From the IMG/VR virus record IMGVR_UViG_3300036770_006893, positions 1-64,000 of that record: a DNA stretch of 64,000 nt, one strand, 5' to 3'. This document shows, piece after piece, positions 60,888-64,000 of this stretch. The notes beneath the pieces are model-generated. The model had not been told where the DNA came from. It worked only from the letters and a program-made list of their open reading frames with translations, and made no database searches. Each line of letters opens with the position of its first letter. The stretch's first letter is position 1. The position numbers and the translations under genes are program-made.

Positions 60888-63800
60888 ATGCCAATAAATA
60901 ACCTTATTACCGTTAGAAAAGGTACTGAAGCAGAGTGGTACTCGTCTGCGGCCATATTGGCCAACGGAGAGCCAGGATTAGACACCACAAACGGTATATT
61001 TAAAATTGGTGACGGAGTCTCTACTTGGGAAAATCTTTTAAATCATGGGGTTTTTTCTGATTTAGAGTCTCAAAATGTAGCCGTTTATAGTTCTGTTAGT
61101 GGAGCCACTCTGCTAACTGTAGAAGGAACAAATGGGTCATTATTTAGTGTTGTAGATAATTTAAGCGGCACTTTAATGAGTGTTAATAATAATGCTGGAT
61201 TACCAGTGTTCGAAGTTTTTAGTGATGATAGCATAGTTGGCGGAAGATTTGGTCAAAATGATTGGGTTATTAGTAGTAGTGGCAACATAGGCATAGGAGT
61301 AGCAGATCCGGCCTATAAAGTTTCTGTTAGTGGAAATGTTAATGTTTCAGGAAATGTAATTGCAGAAACTGGTATCGTTAATCAAATAGTATTTAATACT
61401 GGCTTAGCAGATCCCGATCTTTTGGCTGGCCAATTACAATGGAATAACACAGAAGGCACGCTTGATCTTGGTTTAAATGATAGCTATGCTATGCACCTTG
61501 GTGAAGAAATGCTTTATAGAATTCGCAACACTACTGGATCAACGCTATTAGCAGGTCAGCCTGTTTATGCTAGCGGATTAAGCGCCGGAGGAAACAATCG
61601 GATAGAAGTTAATCTATATGTTGCTGATGGCAGTATACGAGAAGTCCGATTTATGGGATTAATAACAGAAGATCTAGCAGATGCTGGCAATAATGGATAC
61701 GCAACCCATTTTGGCTACATAAGAGGAGTTGACACCAGAGGAGACGCTGCCACATACGGAACAACAAACAAATTATGGGATACTGGCGAGCCAGCGTGGA
61801 ATGAGGGCGATATTCTCTATGTTCACCCAACAACTCCTGGCAAACTAACCAAGATTGAGCCAAAACATAGTATTAGTGTTGCTATAGTTACAAATAAAGC
61901 TAGTAACGGTAAATTATTTGTAAGGCCCACAACCTACGGTCACCTAGACGATAATCACGATGTTAATGTTAGCGGCGTTACAAACGGTCAATTTCTACAA
62001 TATGATTCAGCAACAGATTATTGGGTTCCGTCTAGTAGCGGAAATTTTACTAATCTAAATATTAATGGAAATCAAATTCCAATCGGTAGTGGTCTAGCTA
62101 ATCATATAGCTTATTGGAATAGTTCTAGCGGTTTAGTTGCTGATAGTGGTCAGCTTTATTGGGATAGTTCTAATAATAGATTGGGTATAGGAATAGATAA
62201 TCCAACAAGTAAATTAGAGGTTGGTGGATCAGCAAGAGTTAGTGGGGTTCTTAGCTTATACGATGATGGTGTTTCTGCTTGGAAAAATATAACAGCGGCC
62301 AGCAACAACTTAACTTTTGATGGTGTGCATGGTATTTTTGGATTCAGCATAGGCTTAAGAGGAAGTCGCGGTTCCGCTTGTGGAATGGAGAGCAACGCCA
62401 CAAATGGATATTTAGCATTAGCTGCTGGAGGAAGTGAAAGAGTTAGAATAGCCACAGATGGTAAAGTCGGCATTGGGACCACGAGTCCATCACACTCATT
62501 TCACGTTTCTGGCAGTGGCTTAGTCACAAACGGCTTTTATACAAACCATATTAATGTAAACAACTCTGTACTAACCTCTGCTAATGGCGCATTAGTTGTG
62601 AACGGAGTGATTACCACCCAGGGTAGTTCTGTTAGAGGCTCAGATTTTTCTATCTATGGAGATAACAATACTAGAATTTATAAACCCAATGGGTCTACAT
62701 TAGCAAGCAGCGTTTCTAACTCAGAATATAAACATTCTTTTGGTTTTAATTCTCTCGGTACGCATTATGATTGGGCAACTATCAATAGTACCGGATTGGG
62801 AATAGGAACAACCAGTCCCACAACAGCCCTAGACGTTAGCGGAGTTATAACAGCAACCGGCGGAAATAGCACTGATTGGAATACTGCTTTTGGTTGGGGA
62901 AATCACGCAATCGCCGGATATGCTCCATTAAATAGTCCAACTTTTACAGGAACACCATCCGCACCAACAGCAGCTAGTGGAACAAATACTACTCAAATTG
63001 CTACTACTGCATTTGTTAGAACAGAAATCACAAACCTAGTTGATTCGGCGCCAGGAACACTAGACACATTAAATGAATTAGCTGCGGCTCTTGGAGATGA
63101 TCCTAATTTTGCAACCACTGTGACTAACAACCTAGCGACAAAAGTTGCTGGTACAGGAACCACAAATAAAATTCCAAAGTGGGGCTCTTCTTCGGCTTTG
63201 ACAGATAGCATAATTACAGAGGCTAGTTCTGTGTTACAAATTGCTGGCTCAATACAAGGAGCTATTGATAACAACTATCTTAGCTTTGACGCAAATGCTA
63301 ATAGAGTTGGTATAACTAAAAAAGGTGGATTTTTTAGCAAATTTACTTACGGATCATCAGCCGAGTTTGCTATTGCCCAGTCTAACTCTACAGACATTTT
63401 ACCAACAGGAACCTTCACAGACAGATTTATCATTACATCGAATGGTACTATTAGATTCCCTGGGTTGACCAGTAATGGGTTTTTAAAAACTGGTAGTAGT
63501 AATGGTACTTTGAGTGTTGATACAACATCATACCAGCCATTGTTAACAAATCCGGTTACAGGATCAGGAACAACAAATTATGTTAGTAAATGGACAAGCA
63601 GTTCATCCCAGGGAAATAGTATAATATCCGATGATGGAGTTACCTGCGCCATAGGAACTGCTGGAGGAACAAGAGTTCAAATAGCAGGAATTGGTGGGGC
63701 CAATGCTGTTAGTGAATATTTTTCTACTCAATCTAACCCTAGATGGCAAATAGGTAGGGATTTGTTAGGAGGAGGATTGGCAGGTATAGGTTTTGGTATA

Positions 63801-64000
63801 GGAACTTCTACTATTGCTGCTGGTGGTGTTGCTATAGGATATGCTGCTAGTAGAGAAATGGGTTTTTACACATCCAACGGATCATCTCTTGTAGAAAGAA
63901 TGAGAATAGACGATGCTGGAAATATTGGGATAGGTACCTCTAACCCAACCGTCAAATTAGATATAGAAGGAAAGGGCAAATTTGGAGAACCAGGATATTA
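60888..64000 (+). CDS. Long tail fibre, truncated by the window end (absent from the ORF track)
   Basis: MPINNLITVRKGTEAEW...GEPGLDT..FKIGDG; in-frame APGTLDTLNELAAALGDDPNFATT near 63050; GIGT.SP repeats; frame spot-checked, not read codon by codon. Confidence 0.8.
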   Translation, partial: MPINNLITVRKGTEAEWYSSAAILANGEPGLDTTNGIFKIGDGVSTWENLLNHGVFSDLESQNVAVYSSVSGATLLTVEGTNGSLFSVVDNLSGTLMSVNNNAGLPVFEVFSDDSIVGGRFGQNDWVISSSGNIGIGVADPAYKVSVSGNVNVSGNVIAETGIVNQIVFNTGLADPDLLAGQLQWNNTEGTLDLGLNDSYAMHLGEEMLYRIRNTTGSTLLAGQPVYASGLSAGGNNRIEVNLYVADGSIREVRFMGLITEDLADAGNNGYATHFGYIRGVDTRGDAATYGTTNKLWDTGEPAWNEGDILYVHPTTPGKLTKIEPKHSISVAIVTNKASNGKLFVRPTTYGHLDDNHDVNVSGVTNGQFLQYDSATDYWVPSSSGNFTNLNINGNQIPIGSGLANHIAYWNSSSGLVADSGQLYWDSSNNRLGIGIDNPTSKLEVGGSARVSGVLSLYDDGVSAWKNITAASNNLTFDGVHGIFGFSIGLRGSRGSACGMESNATNGYLALAAGGSERVRIATDGKVGIGTTSPSHSFHVSGSGLVTNGFYTNHINVNNSVLTSANGALVVNGVITTQGSSVRGSDFSIYGDNNTRIYKPNGSTLASSVSNSEYKHSFGFNSLGTHYDWATINSTGLGIGTTSPTTALDVSGVITATGGNSTDWNTAFGWGNHAIAGYAPLNSPTFTGTPSAPTAASGTNTTQIATTAFVRTEITNLVDSAPGTLDTLNELAAALGDDPNFATTVTNNLATKVAGTGTTNKIPKWGSSSALTDSIITEASSVLQIAGSIQGAIDNNYLSFDANANRVGITKKGGFFSKFTYGSSAEFAIAQSNSTDILPTGTFTDRFIITSNGTIRFPGLTSNGFLKTGSSNGTLSVDTTSYQPLLTNPVTGSGTTNYVSKWTSSSSQGNSIISDDGVTCAIGTAGGTRVQIAGIGGANAVSEYFSTQSNPRWQIGRDLLGGGLAGIGFGIGTSTIAAGGVAIGYAASREMGFYTSNGSSLVERMRIDDAGNIGIGTSNPTVKLDIEGKGKFGEPGY

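Noticed and set aside
43147-63274. Minus-strand ORFs within the late region other than 44957-45184
   Set aside because: Shadows of long conserved plus-strand genes
1-64000. Stop-codon reassignment
   Set aside because: TerL, portal, MCP and fibres are full length in the standard code; fragmentation is limited to small genes with their own RBSs
56702-64000. Diversity-generating retroelement (Mtd-like N-termini)
   Set aside because: The Mtd-N-like segment is only an attachment domain; no reverse transcriptase or TR/VR pair is visible in the window

Overview
This window is 64 kb of a large tailed dsDNA bacteriophage genome (Caudoviricetes), with no host chromosomal DNA, in three zones. (1) About 0.1-21.5 kb is an AT-rich, tightly packed minus-strand array of mostly unknown small ORFs. 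Recognisable ones are a metallophosphoesterase, ASCH, an Ogg-like glycosylase, Hsp20, an FkbM methyltransferase and tRNA-Gly. (2) About 21.8-42.8 kb is a visibly GC-richer minus-strand region of many small transcription units, each driven by a near-consensus sigma70-type promoter (TTGACA-N16/17-TAGAAT/TATACT). It holds 8 of the 9 tRNAs, three tRNA-like elements, two HNH genes, DUF932, a PRTase, a kinase-like gene, an L7/L12-like gene and very acidic mini-proteins. (3) About 43-64 kb is the plus-strand late region: phage sigma factor, gmd, HNH, ERCC4 nuclease, TerL, portal, protease/scaffold, decoration protein, major capsid, two tail fibres and three LamG proteins. The most striking unexplained structure is in zone 2. 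By hand I count 39 copies at 17 loci of a 15-bp palindrome, CTGCCA-N3-TGGCAG, nearly always as a doublet with a 29-bp period about 25 bp upstream of a -35 box. The last cassettes add nine sigma54 (-24/-12) consensus boxes, and a second bipartite motif marks other cassette junctions. All coordinates and counts were read manually, no database searches were run, and the host is not determined.
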